This document shows, in pieces, positions 24,293 through 37,003 of a stretch of 64,000 bases of DNA. The stretch's first letter is position 1; each line of letters begins with the position of its first letter. This DNA comes from Macrostomum lignano (Eukaryota), in assembly GCA_002269645.1 (NCBI GenBank), contig NIVC01002068.1:1-64000 (forward strand), given 5' to 3'. A model generated the notes under the pieces. It did no database searches, was not told the origin of the DNA, and saw only the letters and a program-made list of their open reading frames with translations. The translations under genes were made by a program, and so were the position numbers.

Positions 24293-25002
24293 ACAAATCT
24301 GCTTTACGTTTACAAATTTTCTTCTCCAGTCAAAATTGAAACAATTTTTTTCATTTACTTTTTTCTGTTTTGTTTCCATGACTTTTGCTTTCCTGCTTCA
24401 CTGTTGTGGGCAGTTTAATAATTATGCTTAAATTATTGTATTATTGTACCGCTAAATTATGCTTATTGTGGGTAAATAAATTCGTCTTATTATGCTTGTT
24501 TAATCTCTGTTTTGTTGTCAAGTTAAAGCTGTTTTAGTACTTCTAAAATGCGGTAACTACTACTATATTTTTGTTTCAGTGAGTAGCACGGTGGGACAAC
24601 GATCTGTGCCGTTTTTTAATTTAAGAATTAGAATTTTTAATTACTGATATTTGTCTTTATTTGCTTTTTTTGTTGTAAATTGTCTTCTTTTAATTGTTCT
24701 CGCTATTCCTCTGTTTTTGAAAAGCATTTTCTTCTCAATTCCTATTGTACCGTGAGTGGCCGTGCCTCCTTTGGCGTGTGCACCTTTGTATTCCACTTGT
24801 GATCCCAGATTTTAATGATATTTATTCAAATAGAACTGCACATTGCATGCTTCAAAATATTATGCTCATCGTTGTGTGTGGCAGGTGTGTGATTCAGAAA
24901 TTTGGCTATGTGGCTCATTCTTTTAGTATTTCTGAATTTGGGTGTGGCGTACTTTGCATCTGCAGCTTCGTCTCTGCTGTCACCTACTGCTGACTGACGG
25001 GA

Positions 25003-25280
25003 CCTGTGCCTGTCCTGACCCTGCCCTGTGCCTGTCCTGACCCGGCCCTGTGCCTGTCCTAACCCTGCCCTGTGCCTGTCCTGACCCTGCCCTGTGCCTG
25101 TCCTGACCCTGCCCTGTGCCTGTCCTGACCCTGCCCTGTGCCTGTCCTGACCCTGCCCTGTGCCTGTCCTGACCCTGCCCTGTGCCTGTCCTGACCCTGC
25201 CCTGTGCCTGTCCTGACCCTGCCCTGTGCCTGTCCTGACCCTGCCCTGTGCCTGTCCTGACCCTGCCCTGTGCCTATCCT
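25003..25280. repeat. 22-bp minisatellite cctgtcctgaccctgccctgtg
   Basis: Near-perfect tandem copies; a degenerate echo at about 25630-25665. Confidence 0.95.
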
Positions 25281-25295
25281 GATTTGACTGTTACA

Positions 25296-25600
25296 CAGTG
25301 TAGGGTGGAAGTGTTACAGTGTAGGGTGGCAGTGTTACAGTGGAGGGTGGGAGTGTTACAGTGTAGGGTGGAAGTGTTACAGTTAAGGGTGGAAGTGTTA
25401 CAGTGAATGGTGGGAGTGTTACAGTGGAGGGTGGCAGTGTTACAGTGTAGGGTGGGAGTGTTACAGTGTAGGATGGCAGTGTTACAGTGTAGGGTGGGAG
25501 TGTTACAGTGTAGGGTGGCAGTGTTACAGTGTAGGGTGGGAGTGTTACAGTGTAGGGTGGCAGTGTTACAGTGTAGGGTGGGAGTGTTACAGTGACAGAG
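25296..25600. repeat. 21-bp minisatellite gtgttacagtgtagggtggga
   Basis: Reverse complement of the array at 27318-28000. Confidence 0.95.
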
Positions 25601-26095
25601 AGTTACAGTGTGGGAGGGAAGGTGATCAATGCCTGTCCTGACCTTTTCCCGGGCCTGTCCTGACTCGCATATATCATCCCTGCCCCCGCATATCCCTGCC
25701 TTCTAACTATTCAATTTCAATGCACGAGACTTCCCTATAAAATAGGCAGATTCCATCAGCCCCAACTGCCAGCTTTCATTTGCAGCGGTCGCAGCTGATT
25801 GGGCGGCCACAGGGTCTCAAAGCCGGCAATGGAGTGCAAGGCTGTTAGAGTATAAAGTGAACCAAAGTGGCTTCATGCCGAGTGCTGGTGCGATACGAGT
25901 ATTGACCTTTCGGTGCCGGAGCTGCCAGTGCAAATTTAAGAGTCTCAGCTTCAAAGATGCAAATGAGATGTGGTTTAGAAACAAATTGAATTTAGCAGCA
26001 ATAAATTCTTTAAGAAGCATTCCCTCTCTTTCATTTGTAGTTCTTCTTGCGTTTATAATGCGAAGGACCATCAACTTAGTAGACAAAAGATAGAA

Positions 26096-26570
26096 TTGCA
26101 GTCCCTCTCCGCCAACCACCTTCCTCTCTCTGTCCCTTGCAGTCCCTCTCCGCCAACCACCTCCCTCCTCTCTCTGTCCCTTGCAGTCCCTCTCCGCCAA
26201 CCATCTCCCTCCTCTCTCTGTCCCTTGCAGTCCCTCTCCGCCAACCATCTCCCTCCTCTCTCTGTCCCTTGCAGTCCCTCTCCGCCAACCACCTCCCTCC
26301 TCTGTCCCTTGCAGTCCCTCTCCGCCAACCACCTCCCTCCTCTGTCCCTTGCAGTCCCTCTCCGCCAACCACCTCCCTCCTCTGTCCCTTGCAGTCCCTC
26401 TCCGCCAACCACCTCCCTCCTCTCTCTGTCCCTCTCCGCCAACCACCTCCCTCCTCTGTCCCTTGCAGTCCCTCTCCGCCAACCATCTCCCTCCTCTCTC
26501 TGTCCCTCTCCGCCAACCACCTCCCTCCTCTCTGTCCTTTGCAGTCCCTCTCCGCCAACCATCTCCCTAT
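26096..26570. repeat. About 40-46-bp pyrimidine-rich minisatellite
   Basis: Unit gtccctctccgccaaccacctccctcctc(tc)tgtcccttgca. Confidence 0.95.
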
Positions 26571-27317
26571 CTCCCTCTCCTCTCGGTCCCTTACATTCCC
26601 TCTGCCAACTAACTCCCCGCCACCCTCTCCTCTATACTCCCTTCCAGCCCATCTCTGTCTTCTTATCGCCTTATCGTCCAAGTAAAATACAAATTTGTAG
26701 CAAAAAACAACGGTATGACAGTTTCTCTAGGTCTCATCCTCCGAGTCTACATGTACGTAAAATAAAAAGTAAAAAAAATTCCTCGCGTAAGACTTAATCC
26801 TGTTCGTCGCATACAAGTATCAGCGGTTCGATCTTCTGCTTCAGCGAGTTCTGCTTTTCTGAGGCAGCGTTTTTTGCCTGCCCAAAAAAGCCCCCAAGAG
26901 TAACATCAAAGCAGAAGGCATGCAGTGCTAGTTGAGGCCACTGCTTTAGCACCCGATCCCCCATGCGTGACCCATTCCTGTCATTAAATTCTTGCTCATT
27001 ATGCTTAATTTAATTATCCCTATCTGCCAACAAACCTGCGTGCTCGGTGTGGGACATAATCTGCTGCTTCTGACTCTTGCTTTCCCGCTTCGCTCCCGGG
27101 TCAGTCCAGTACCAGCCTCGCCATTCTTCTGCTCGGATTCCGCTGAAATCTCACCGACACGCAAGGCAATAATCGCATGAAATATTTTTTGCTAGACAAT
27201 ATTTTAATGTTGCTAACAGTTCTTTCTACTGATTCTGCTTGCACAGTCAAGGAAATTTTACTCTGCACTATTTCTCTTCTTCTGTAGCTTATTCTATTCG
27301 AACTTGGGTTTGCTAAT

Positions 27318-28002
27318 ACTCCCACCCTACACTGTAACACTCCCACCCTACACTGTAACACTCCCACTCTACACTGTAACACTCCCCACCCTACACTGTA
27401 ACACTCCCACCCTCCACTGTAACGCTCCCACTCTACACTGTAACACTCCCACCCTACACTGTAACACTCCCACCCTCCACTGTAACACTCCCACTCTACA
27501 CTGTAACACTCCCACCCTACACTGTAACACTCCCACCCTACACTGTAACACTCCCACTCTACACTGTAACACTCCCACTCTACACTGTAACACTCCCACT
27601 CTACACTGTAACACTCCCACTCTACACTGTAACACTCCCACTCTACACTGTAACACTCCCACTCTACACTGTAACACTCCCACCCTACACTGTAACACTC
27701 CCACCCTCCACTGTAACACTCCCACCCTCCACTGTAACACTCCCACCCTCCACTGTAACACTCCCACCCTCCACTGTAACACTCCCACCCTACACTGTAA
27801 CTCTCCCACCCTGCACTGTAACACTCCCACCCTACACTGTAACTCTCCCACCCTACACTGTAACACTCCCACTCTACACTGTAACACTCCCACTCTACAC
27901 TGTAACTCTCCCACCCTACACTGTAACACTCCCACTCTACACTGTAACTCTCCCACCCTACACTGTAACTCTCCCACCCTACACTGTAACACTCCCACCC
28001 TA
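27318..28002. repeat. 21-bp minisatellite ctacactgtaacactcccacc
   Basis: Tandem copies; inverted relative to 25296-25600. Confidence 0.95.
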
Positions 28003-28604
28003 GCACTCGCACACAAGCCATTACAAGCCAGAGCTCAAACTTGTCAAAAATAAATTTCGAAACCAGTCAGCAGCATTAGAGACACTTCAGAACTTCTCAA
28101 GACATTTTATTGCAGCGTAGAGGCACTCGTAGTTAGCAACTTCTTCAGAAATGACCATCAGCTCTCGACTCTTTAAGCCTTGCGCCCCAACCCCGATTAC
28201 AAATAGAAGCCGAGGCCCTTTCCTGCCGAGCACTTAGTCTTCTTTCGCTAATGAAAGAAGTTGCCACCGGACAGACAGACAGCCTTGAGCAGGATTTCCC
28301 ACTAGTGCCCAACTGGACTCAGCTGGAACTTTTTCTCTCAGCCAAATCCGCTGCGTGTAAATTGAAACTTGGCTGGCGTCTCTGCCGGCCTCTGCCTCTA
28401 CGGTGCTTCATCAAAGCAACTGTCAGAGACCGAAGCAGAAGAGAGGCTGTAGGCTGAACTTTCAAAAGCTTGAATTAGAAATTCTTGGCTTAGCTCGACC
28501 GCTAAGTAGCCGCCCGCATAGCAACTAAAGCTGCGAATTTTTAGCTGGACAGTAACAGCTGCAGTTTTTCTCAATTTCAGTGCTGTTGTACGCTCGTCTG
28601 GAGC

Positions 28605-29300
28605 TGCTTTGGCGCCACACTGACAGCTACATCAGCGCTACACTGACAGCTACATCAGCGCCACACTGACAACTGCATCAGCGCCACACTGACAGCTGCT
28701 TTGGCGCCACACTGACAGCTACATCAGCGTCACACTGACAACTACATCAGCGCCACACTGACAGCTACATCAGCGCCACACTGACAGCTGCTTTGGCGCC
28801 ACACTGACAGCTACATCAGCGCCACACTGACAGCTGCTTTGGCGTCACACTGACAACTGCATCAGCGCCACACTGACAGCTACATCAGCGCCACACTGAC
28901 AGCTACATCAGCGCCACACTGACAGCTGCATCAGCGCCACACTGACAGCCGCTTTGGTGCCACACTGACAGCCGCTTTTGCGCCACACTGACAGCCACTT
29001 TGGCGCCACACTGACAACTGCATCAGCGCCACACTGACAACTGCATCAGCGCCACACTGACAGCTGCATCAGCGCCACACTGACAGCTGCATCAGCGCCA
29101 CACTGACAGCTGCATCAGCGCCACACTGACAACTGCATCAGCGCCACACTGACAGCTGCATCAGCGCCACACTGACAGCTGCATCAGCGCCACACTGACA
29201 ACTGCATCAGCGCCACACTGACAGCTGCATCAGCGCCACACTGACAGCTGCATCAGCGCCACACCGACAACTGCATCAGCGCCACACTGACAGCTACTTT
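28605..29300. repeat. 23-bp minisatellite cagcgccacactgacagctgcat
   Basis: Period 23 (ctgcatc at 29041 and 29064). Confidence 0.95.
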
Positions 29301-30181
29301 AGTAGTTACTACCCCTAATAAATTTAAAATCGTCAAACTGCCGTTTAATGTTTAAAAAAAGTTTTTTTTGCGAGCATATCGATGTGCGTGCTCTAACAAA
29401 AATTGTAGAAGTACTTTTTAGCCGAAGATTTTTCAGTTACCATTTTTGGTAAGGGGATATTGCGGATTATTCATCGCCTTCTCTGCAGGCAAATCAGGCA
29501 GATGGACAGATTCGAAATTGAATTCTGTCAGTCCCGAGTTTGAAATTTTCCATCCCATCGGGGGGGCAACATTCATTCATGCATGCTTCTAGAGTTTCTG
29601 CTTCTAGGAGACGGCTCTGAGCATCGAAAGAATGATAATGCTAAAGAAATAAATATGAATGTTGAGCTGACAAAAGTGGCAGAAAGCCCTTTATTAGAGC
29701 AGAGATTCGCTAAAAAGTTTTTTGGCTCTCGGAATTGAGGTCAGAATTTACGATGGCGAATCTAAAAGTGTCGCAGACTCGTCACTACCGGGAGAAATCC
29801 CGACAAATACAGATAATTGTCTTCCAAAGACGAGGAATTGAATTTCACTAATTGGTTGGGGAAGCTGAGGTTGGGAACGCCCGGGTCCTGATGCAGACTG
29901 CTCACGAAATAGGAAAATCAGGGAGATGGAGAAGAAACGAGAGAATTTCCTGGAGAAGACTCTGGCAAAAAATGAAAGAAAATTCGCATTTTTTCCTTCG
30001 CCAGAAAATATCACCCTTGCCTGCCTAGAAAGAAATTGATGAGGCCAAACAGTCAGCTTTTTCTGGCAGGGATGGAGCCTTGGCCTTTAACGAATTTCAT
30101 AATCTTCATTACCTACTGGCACAGCTCTTTTCACTTCTTACGAGCATCTCTTCCTTTCTGTAATTCCTGCTGTAGATTGCA

Positions 30182-30530
30182 AATCACTCTTTCACTCCTT
30201 TCACTCTTCACTTCTGTCACTCTTTTCACTCCTTTCACTTCTTCCACTCTTCACTTGTGTCACTCTTATCACTTCTGTCACTCTTTTCACTTCTTCCACT
30301 CTTTACTTGTGTCACTCTTATCACTCTTTTCACTCCTTTCACTTCTTCCACTCTTCACTTGTGTCACTCTTTTCACTTCTGTCACTCTTTTCACTTCTGT
30401 CACTCTTTTCACTTCTGCCACTCTTTTCACTTCTGTCACTCTTTTCACTTCTGTCACTCTTTTCACTTCTGTCACTCTTTTCACTTCTGCCACTCTTTTC
30501 ACTTCTGTCACTCTTTTCACTTCTGTGCAC
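30182..30530. repeat. 18-bp minisatellite tcactcttttcacttctg
   Basis: Tandem copies, most homogeneous at the right end. Confidence 0.9.
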
Positions 30531-30744
30531 TATATTGAGTATTGATTCCTAAAAAGATTAGAAAGAACAGAGGCTGCTATGCAGGGTGCAGCATTACGAG
30601 CCGGATATTTGCAAATAGAAGCAAACTGTCATAAATTCGATATTTCGGATCGCAACAGTGAAATTTCATGTACAAGAATTGCGAGCGTGTTTAAGTCCAA
30701 GTCCAATTAAGATAAAATGACAAGTTTAAGATCTTGTTTCCATA

Positions 30745-31575
30745 GTGACAGACCATAGCTGCAGTCTGCCGTGGGTACTGCTACAATCTGCCATAGACCA
30801 TATAGCTGCAGTCTGCCGTGGGTACTGCTACAATCTGCCACAGACCATAACTGCAGTTTGCCGTGGGTACTGCTACAATCTGCCACAGACCATAGCTGCA
30901 GTTTGCCGTGGGTACTGCTACAATCAGCCATAGACCATATAGCTGCAGTTTGCCGTGGGTACTGCTACAATCTGCCACAGACCATAGCTGCAGTCTGCCG
31001 TGGGTACTGCTACAATCTGCCATAGACCATATAGCTGCAGTCTGCCGTGGGTACTGCTACAATCTGCCACAGACCATAACTGCAGTTTGCCGTGGGTACT
31101 GCTACAATCTGCCACAGACCATAACTGCAGTTTGCCGTGGGTACTGCTACAATCTGCCACAGACCATAGCTGCAGTTTGCCGTGGGTACTGCTACAATCA
31201 GCCATAGACCATATAGCTGCAGTTTGCCGTGGGTACTGCTACAATCTGCCACAGACCATAGCTGCAGTCTGCCGTGGGTACTGCTACAATCTGCCACAGA
31301 CCATAGCTGCAGTTTGCCGTGGGTACTGCTACAATCTGCCACAGACCATAGCTGCAGTTTGCCGTGGGTACTGCTACAATCAGCCATAGACCATATAGCT
31401 GCAGTTTGCCGTGGGTACTGCTACAATCTGCCACAGACCATAGCTGCAGTCTGCCGTGGGTACTGCTACAATCTGCCACAGACCATAGCTGCAGTTTGCC
31501 GTGGGTACTGCTACAATCTGCCATAGACCATATAGCTGCAGTTTGCCGTGGGTACTGCTACAATCAGCCATAGAC
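30745..31575. repeat. 45/47-bp minisatellite
   Basis: Unit cagaccatagctgcagt(c/t)tgccgtgggtactgctacaatctgcca, with periodic 47-bp variants. Confidence 0.95.
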
Positions 31576-31705
31576 AATTCTGACAATCGAGTTTTCAAGA
31601 GTCCAATGCAAATTTAATTCAACAGAGGGTCGGTAAATCTCTCCGCTAGTCAGAGGGTCAGTCAATCTCTCCGCTAGTCAGAGAGTCAGTCAATCTCTTC
31701 GCTAG

Positions 31706-33021
31706 TCAGACTGCAGTCTCTCCGCTGTTAGCCGCCATGGAAGTTGTCGCCGCCGGCACCCGGGTAGCGCCGACACCCCAGGCGGCGATGACGGCGGCCC
31801 GACGCAGCTGCAGGTCGGCAGTGCCAGTCGGCCTCAGCCCGGCGGCGGTGCGCCGGTACAAGCTGAGCGCGGTGCGCCTGTCCGACCGCAGGTAGCGCAG
31901 GTCGGACTCGCGACGGCAGCCGAGCAGGCGCAGGTAGGCCAGGCGGAATTCGCGCTGGTTGGAGCCGTAGAGCAGCGGGTTGATGCCCGAGTTGGCGTAC
32001 CCGATCCACGTGATCAGGGTGACCGCCCAGGCTGGCAGGCCGGAGCAGTTGTCCAGCGTGAACGGGCAGGCGATGTACATCAGGAAGAACGGGAACCAGC
32101 AGGCGTAGAAGCAGCCTGCGATGTTGATAGCGTGATCTTGGTGCTGAGTTGTCTTTGAAACCGTGCTAATGACATGGTTTCCATTCATCAAAAAAGACAC
32201 GATGCAAGTCGGCACTCACCCAAAATCAGCCCAAGCGTCTTAGTAGCCTTGGACTCGCTGTTAATCTGGCGAGACACGGCGGCGGAAGCTGTCCCGGCTG
32301 ATGCGGCCGCCTTCCTTTGCCTGGTGACCTGCGAGTGATCGGCGGCGATGCGGTGCACCCGGATGTAGGCTGCGGTCATCACCAGCAGCGGCAGGAAGAA
32401 CGAGGTCAGCGCAGAGACCACGGCATAGATACGGTTGACGGACATTTGGCACTGCCCGGGGACGTTTGCGGTCGCGTTCTCAGCTGCGGACGGGACAGCA
32501 GCCGAGCCGATGCGCTGCTCAAAGCTGAAGGTGCCGGAGAACACCGGGCCGAAGCTCAGGCCGATGCTGATTGACCAGACGAAGGCCACGGCGGCCCAAA
32601 TCCGGCGGGGTCGAACGGCGGACTTGTAGTGCAGCGGACTTGTAACGGCAATGTAGCGGTCCAGACTGATGAGGCACAGGTGCAGGATGCTGGACGTGCA
32701 GCACATGATGTCGGCCGAGAGAAAGAATTTGCAGTAGAAGTCGCCGAGCGGCCAGCAGCCGAGGAAACTGTACAGCGCCGAGTAGGGCATCACCAGCAGC
32801 CCGATGGCGACGTCGGCAGAGGCTAGCGAGGCCAGCAGCAGGAAGCAGTTGCGGGAGTGCAGTCTGCGGAATTTCATCACGGATGCGATCACCAGTAGAT
32901 TGCCGGCAACGGTCTCCAAGGTGATTAGTGACATCACAGCGCAAGTTACTGCGCCCAGAGCCAGTTGGGTGCTCCCGCCCGGCTGTTGCATGCTGTGCCA
33001 GCTCTGGTTCAGACAGGACAT
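31706..33021 (-). CDS. Class A aminergic GPCR (D1-dopamine/octopamine/histamine-H2-like), about 403 aa
   Basis: Exons 33021-32220 and 32115-31706 (104-bp GT-AG intron). Motifs GNLLVI (TM1), LASADVAIG (TM2), DIMCCTSSILHLCLISLDRY (TM3 Asp and DRY), SALTSFFLP (TM5), KATKTLGLILGCFYACWFPFF (TM6) and NSGINPLLY (TM7). Confidence 0.92.
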
Positions 33022-33443
33022 TGGTGCTGAGACTGAGTTTGGCTTCGCTGTCGGTGTCTAGGTACTGAACTTGATGGTCGCGGCTCTCGGAAGCTCCGCC
33101 CCTATTGCCGATTACAGCCAGATATAGCTGACGGCTAGGGACTCTTCGAGCTCTGCACTGACTCTGGCGACGTCAAGGGGACCAATGGCAGCGGCGGCCA
33201 ATCCTGTTGAAGAAGACAGAGGGGAAGCAGAAAGAAGGAAAAAGTTAAGACAAAAATAGCTGAAATTCAATGCCGCCCTTAGTTTGGCGCTTTACTTTCA
33301 TGGCTCTTTCTCTCTGGCCCCGTAGCTTTCACCTTTTGCAACACAACGCTGCTTTTTCAGACACTTGTGGTTAGCGCACGCAGGCTGGCTTAGTCTAGTC
33401 CAGTTGGAAAGATAATTACGGTTGTATACTTACTTACTTAGTA

Positions 33444-33725
33444 GGGGGTTGTAGCCTAGTGGTCAGAGCGTCGGACTCACGACCTGAAGGTCGGGGGTTC
33501 GATTCCCGATGCCACTGAAACAATCTGTGTCCTTGAGCGAGACACTTAACTCTGCATTGCTTCAGATTCCTTCAGTTGCTTCAGTAAAATGGGTGCCAGC
33601 ATGGGTGGCGACCCCCTCCACCAAGTCCTTGGACTGAACAGCCGTACGCAGCCTTCAGATGCGCCGCGCAATAGCTGCGGCTGAGCTGTCGGTTGCACAT
33701 CTGCCATTAGTTCATTCACTTACTG
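33444..33725 (+). mobile_element. tRNA-derived SINE with a CORE/Meta-like central domain
   Basis: Pol III A box tagcctagtggtcaga and B box ggttcgattcc, then gtgtccttgagcgagacacttaac..gtaaaatggg (resembles the MIR/CORE gtgaccttgggcaagtcacttaac..gtaaaatggg). Tail cattcacttact. The tRNA head is not perfectly paired. Confidence 0.8.
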
Positions 33726-34716
33726 AAAAAGAGGTGACTTGTTTGTAGCAAACTCGTTCCTATTTTTCACAACAATCCAAACCAAGAATTGACAGGCGAT
33801 TTGGTCAAAGTTCGTCAAAGTTGCGTGCTGGAAATCAGTTCATATGTATCGATGCGACTCTGCATCTTGCTGGACAGACAGTCAAAATGCAAAATGGAAG
33901 CGACATGTTCAATAAAGAGTGAAGCTGCAATCGCTCAAAATCCATTGAGTGATTGCGGCAGTCAAATGACGATTTATTTGCGTAACTGCGCGTTTTTAGG
34001 AGCATGAGACATTGTGGAGTTTTGATGAAGCCTCAGCAGGTTTGATCACTAAAATTAGCCGGTAAATTGAGGCTTGGAACTGAAACCCCCTATAATAACT
34101 AAGATCGAATACTTAATGATCAGGCTTAATAGTTAGCAGCCGCAGTCATGCTGCTCTGTGATTGGAAACTGAGCAAATTTCTAAATTCAGCTGCTCATGT
34201 AGACAGCAACGCTAGCTGTTGCGGCGCTATGCTCGACTTGTGCTAGCGTGTTCACAAGGCTAATAGGGGGATTTGCTCATTATTGAGAGGTGCTTATCGG
34301 TGAGCCTGGCTTACATTTATGCCTAGATTTAGGTATATTGATTAGATAGAAAGGACTGTGGGCAGTTTGAATGAATATATGAATTTAGTATGAATTATGT
34401 TTGCTCAACACTTGCTGGTTGCTCAGTTATATGCATGTCCTTGTCTTTCTTGACCTTCCATTTGTTTCAGAAATTTTCTTGGGCGCTATCGGACGGGTCA
34501 GTAAACCATGGTAGCATGGTAGAAGGGCTGCTGCGTACAGTATGGCGCTCAAAATATTAGCGACACAAGCAGCACCTACTCTCCATTCTCCTGAGTTGTA
34601 GCTTAAGAAATTAAAATTAAATTGACAAAGCTTATTAATGGATGTAGATGTTGTTTCTCGAATTGCAGGGAAGCCAAGTGTATTTGGAATCTATCTGAAA
34701 TAAAGCTATCGAGCAT

Positions 34717-35004
34717 TTACAGCTTGATGCAGCTGATGATCTGGATGGCGTTGCCTCCGCACTTGCTGGCCAGGCAGGTGGCCAGCTGGCTGATGTTGGT
34801 GCCGCTGGAGAAAAAGCAGGTGATCAGGTTGGTCACCAGGCACATCACGGAGTCGATGCCATTCTGCTTCAAGCAGTTGGTGTCGATGCTGAGCACGGGA
34901 ACGACCTCGTGAATGATGTCGTTCACGACCTCGTTCTTCTGCTCCGGAGTGTAGGCGGCGGCGGCGAAGGCCACGAGAGCGAACAGGCAGACGAGCTTGT
35001 ACAT
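34717..35004 (-). CDS. Intronless 95-aa predicted secreted six-cysteine protein of unknown family
   Basis: MYKLVCLFALVAFAAAA signal-peptide-like start, 6 Cys in the mature part, GC-rich third codon positions, and a TATA-like cataaat about 95 bp upstream. Confidence 0.8.
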   Translation of the reverse strand: MYKLVCLFALVAFAAAAYTPEQKNEVVNDIIHEVVPVLSIDTNCLKQNGIDSVMCLVTNLITCFFSSGTNISQLATCLASKCGGNAIQIISCIKL

Positions 35005-36112
35005 GGCTGCTGAGCTGGGTGCTTTGGTTGCTGGCTTCTTGAGACTGGCTGCTGGGTTGAGTTGCTGATTGGGTCTCGGGCTCGGTCGCTGGGCTCTCAT
35101 TTATGGTGCCGCTGGTGGCGCTACAGGTGACGCGGTCTCGGACTGTCACGCCGCCCACGGCCTGCCAGAGCTGTCAAATTCGCCACAGGAAATCTACGAG
35201 TATTTCAATCACTGTAAGTTTTCCGGTATTCCTATTTTTAAAGCAGAAGTATAGTCAGTTTCTGTCACTAAAAAAGTGCTAATAAATTTTATCAATCCCG
35301 TGAACTGCCATGCCACTTCGCCACAGTTCTCTCACATTCGCACTCGCAAAACTCGAAACAGCAACCATTTTGATTGGAAATACTTATTCTTTCTTAGTAT
35401 GCATCGGGGTATTATGTTTCAGGTAAACTTCAAACTCTTCTTTCGGTTCTGAAGTCAAGTAACTTCAGTGAACAGCTGCTTTTCAAACACATTTGAGAAG
35501 CTGATTTTCTACACCGGCTTGTAAAAAGCTTGGTGTTGCTACGAGTAAGCAAAAAAGGTGTCATACACGAAACTTCATTTAGTCGCAAAAGGGCTCAATA
35601 CTCTAAATTGTAACTTTACACATTACTAGGGTTGCAGCATATCGACAGACTGGGCAAAGACAATCCATGATTGATGTGGAAACCTTTGACCTTGCGTCGG
35701 AACAGCATTTTTTTCTGCTTCCGGTTGCACCTGGCACATTTTTATAACTTATAGCCTCAGAAACTTGCAGATCTTATCGTGGTCAGAGTAGCAGATAAAC
35801 CCTGTTCTTGCTTAAACCGATCGATCGCATAAATGTCGTTTAGTGTACGGTAGGTATACCATAAACATTTCGTGGAAATCGGCTTCAGTATTTTCTGCCT
35901 ATTTTTTATGATTGCGCTCAGATCAATCCCAAATTAGCTCACTGCAGGAAAGGAAGCTGCATGACGTCAAATAGGTTCGCCATCCGCTTTTGCTGCCTAA
36001 AAAGCATTAAAAGGTAGCAAACTGTCCAAGGACAACTGAACTCCTTGAAACTGTCCTTTGTTCAAAGGGCCACGATTTCGAGAACAGGTAACACTGGGTA
36101 TGAAATGTCTGC

Positions 36113-36525
<413 letters not shown>

Positions 36526-37003
36526 ACTGCCTAAGTTGTCCTCATGCTACTTGGCAGACTGACTGAACAAGCTGCGGTCCGGCTATTAGATTCAAAAGTT
36601 CCCCTATACCCCAACACCTACATAGATTCTCTTACCTATACAGTTGCCAATGCCAGAGACTGCAAAAACAGCATGCAGTCAAAAGCGGTAGTTCATTATC
36701 CTGTAGCCATCGAGGTTATACCTGGACACCATGCATGCTGTTCGAAAGCTGCATGACGCCGCATCGAATATGATTGACATGTGGCCCTGCCCCCTGTGCC
36801 CCTGGGCACATTTTCCCACCACAGAGAGGTCAGTGACAATACCTGGAGGAGAAAGTAGTTTAGAAGAACCAAATTCTAATAGGAAGAATGATGAGCATTA
36901 GCTTAATTATTTTATCTGACAATCACACAGACCCATGCTCACTGCTGAACAAACATTTCTAAATCCTGTTTTTCGCGTGCTGATTATCGAATCTGAATTA
37001 AGC

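Noticed and set aside
33444-33515. Functional tRNA gene
   Set aside because: The anticodon and acceptor stems are mispaired and the sequence continues into a SINE body.
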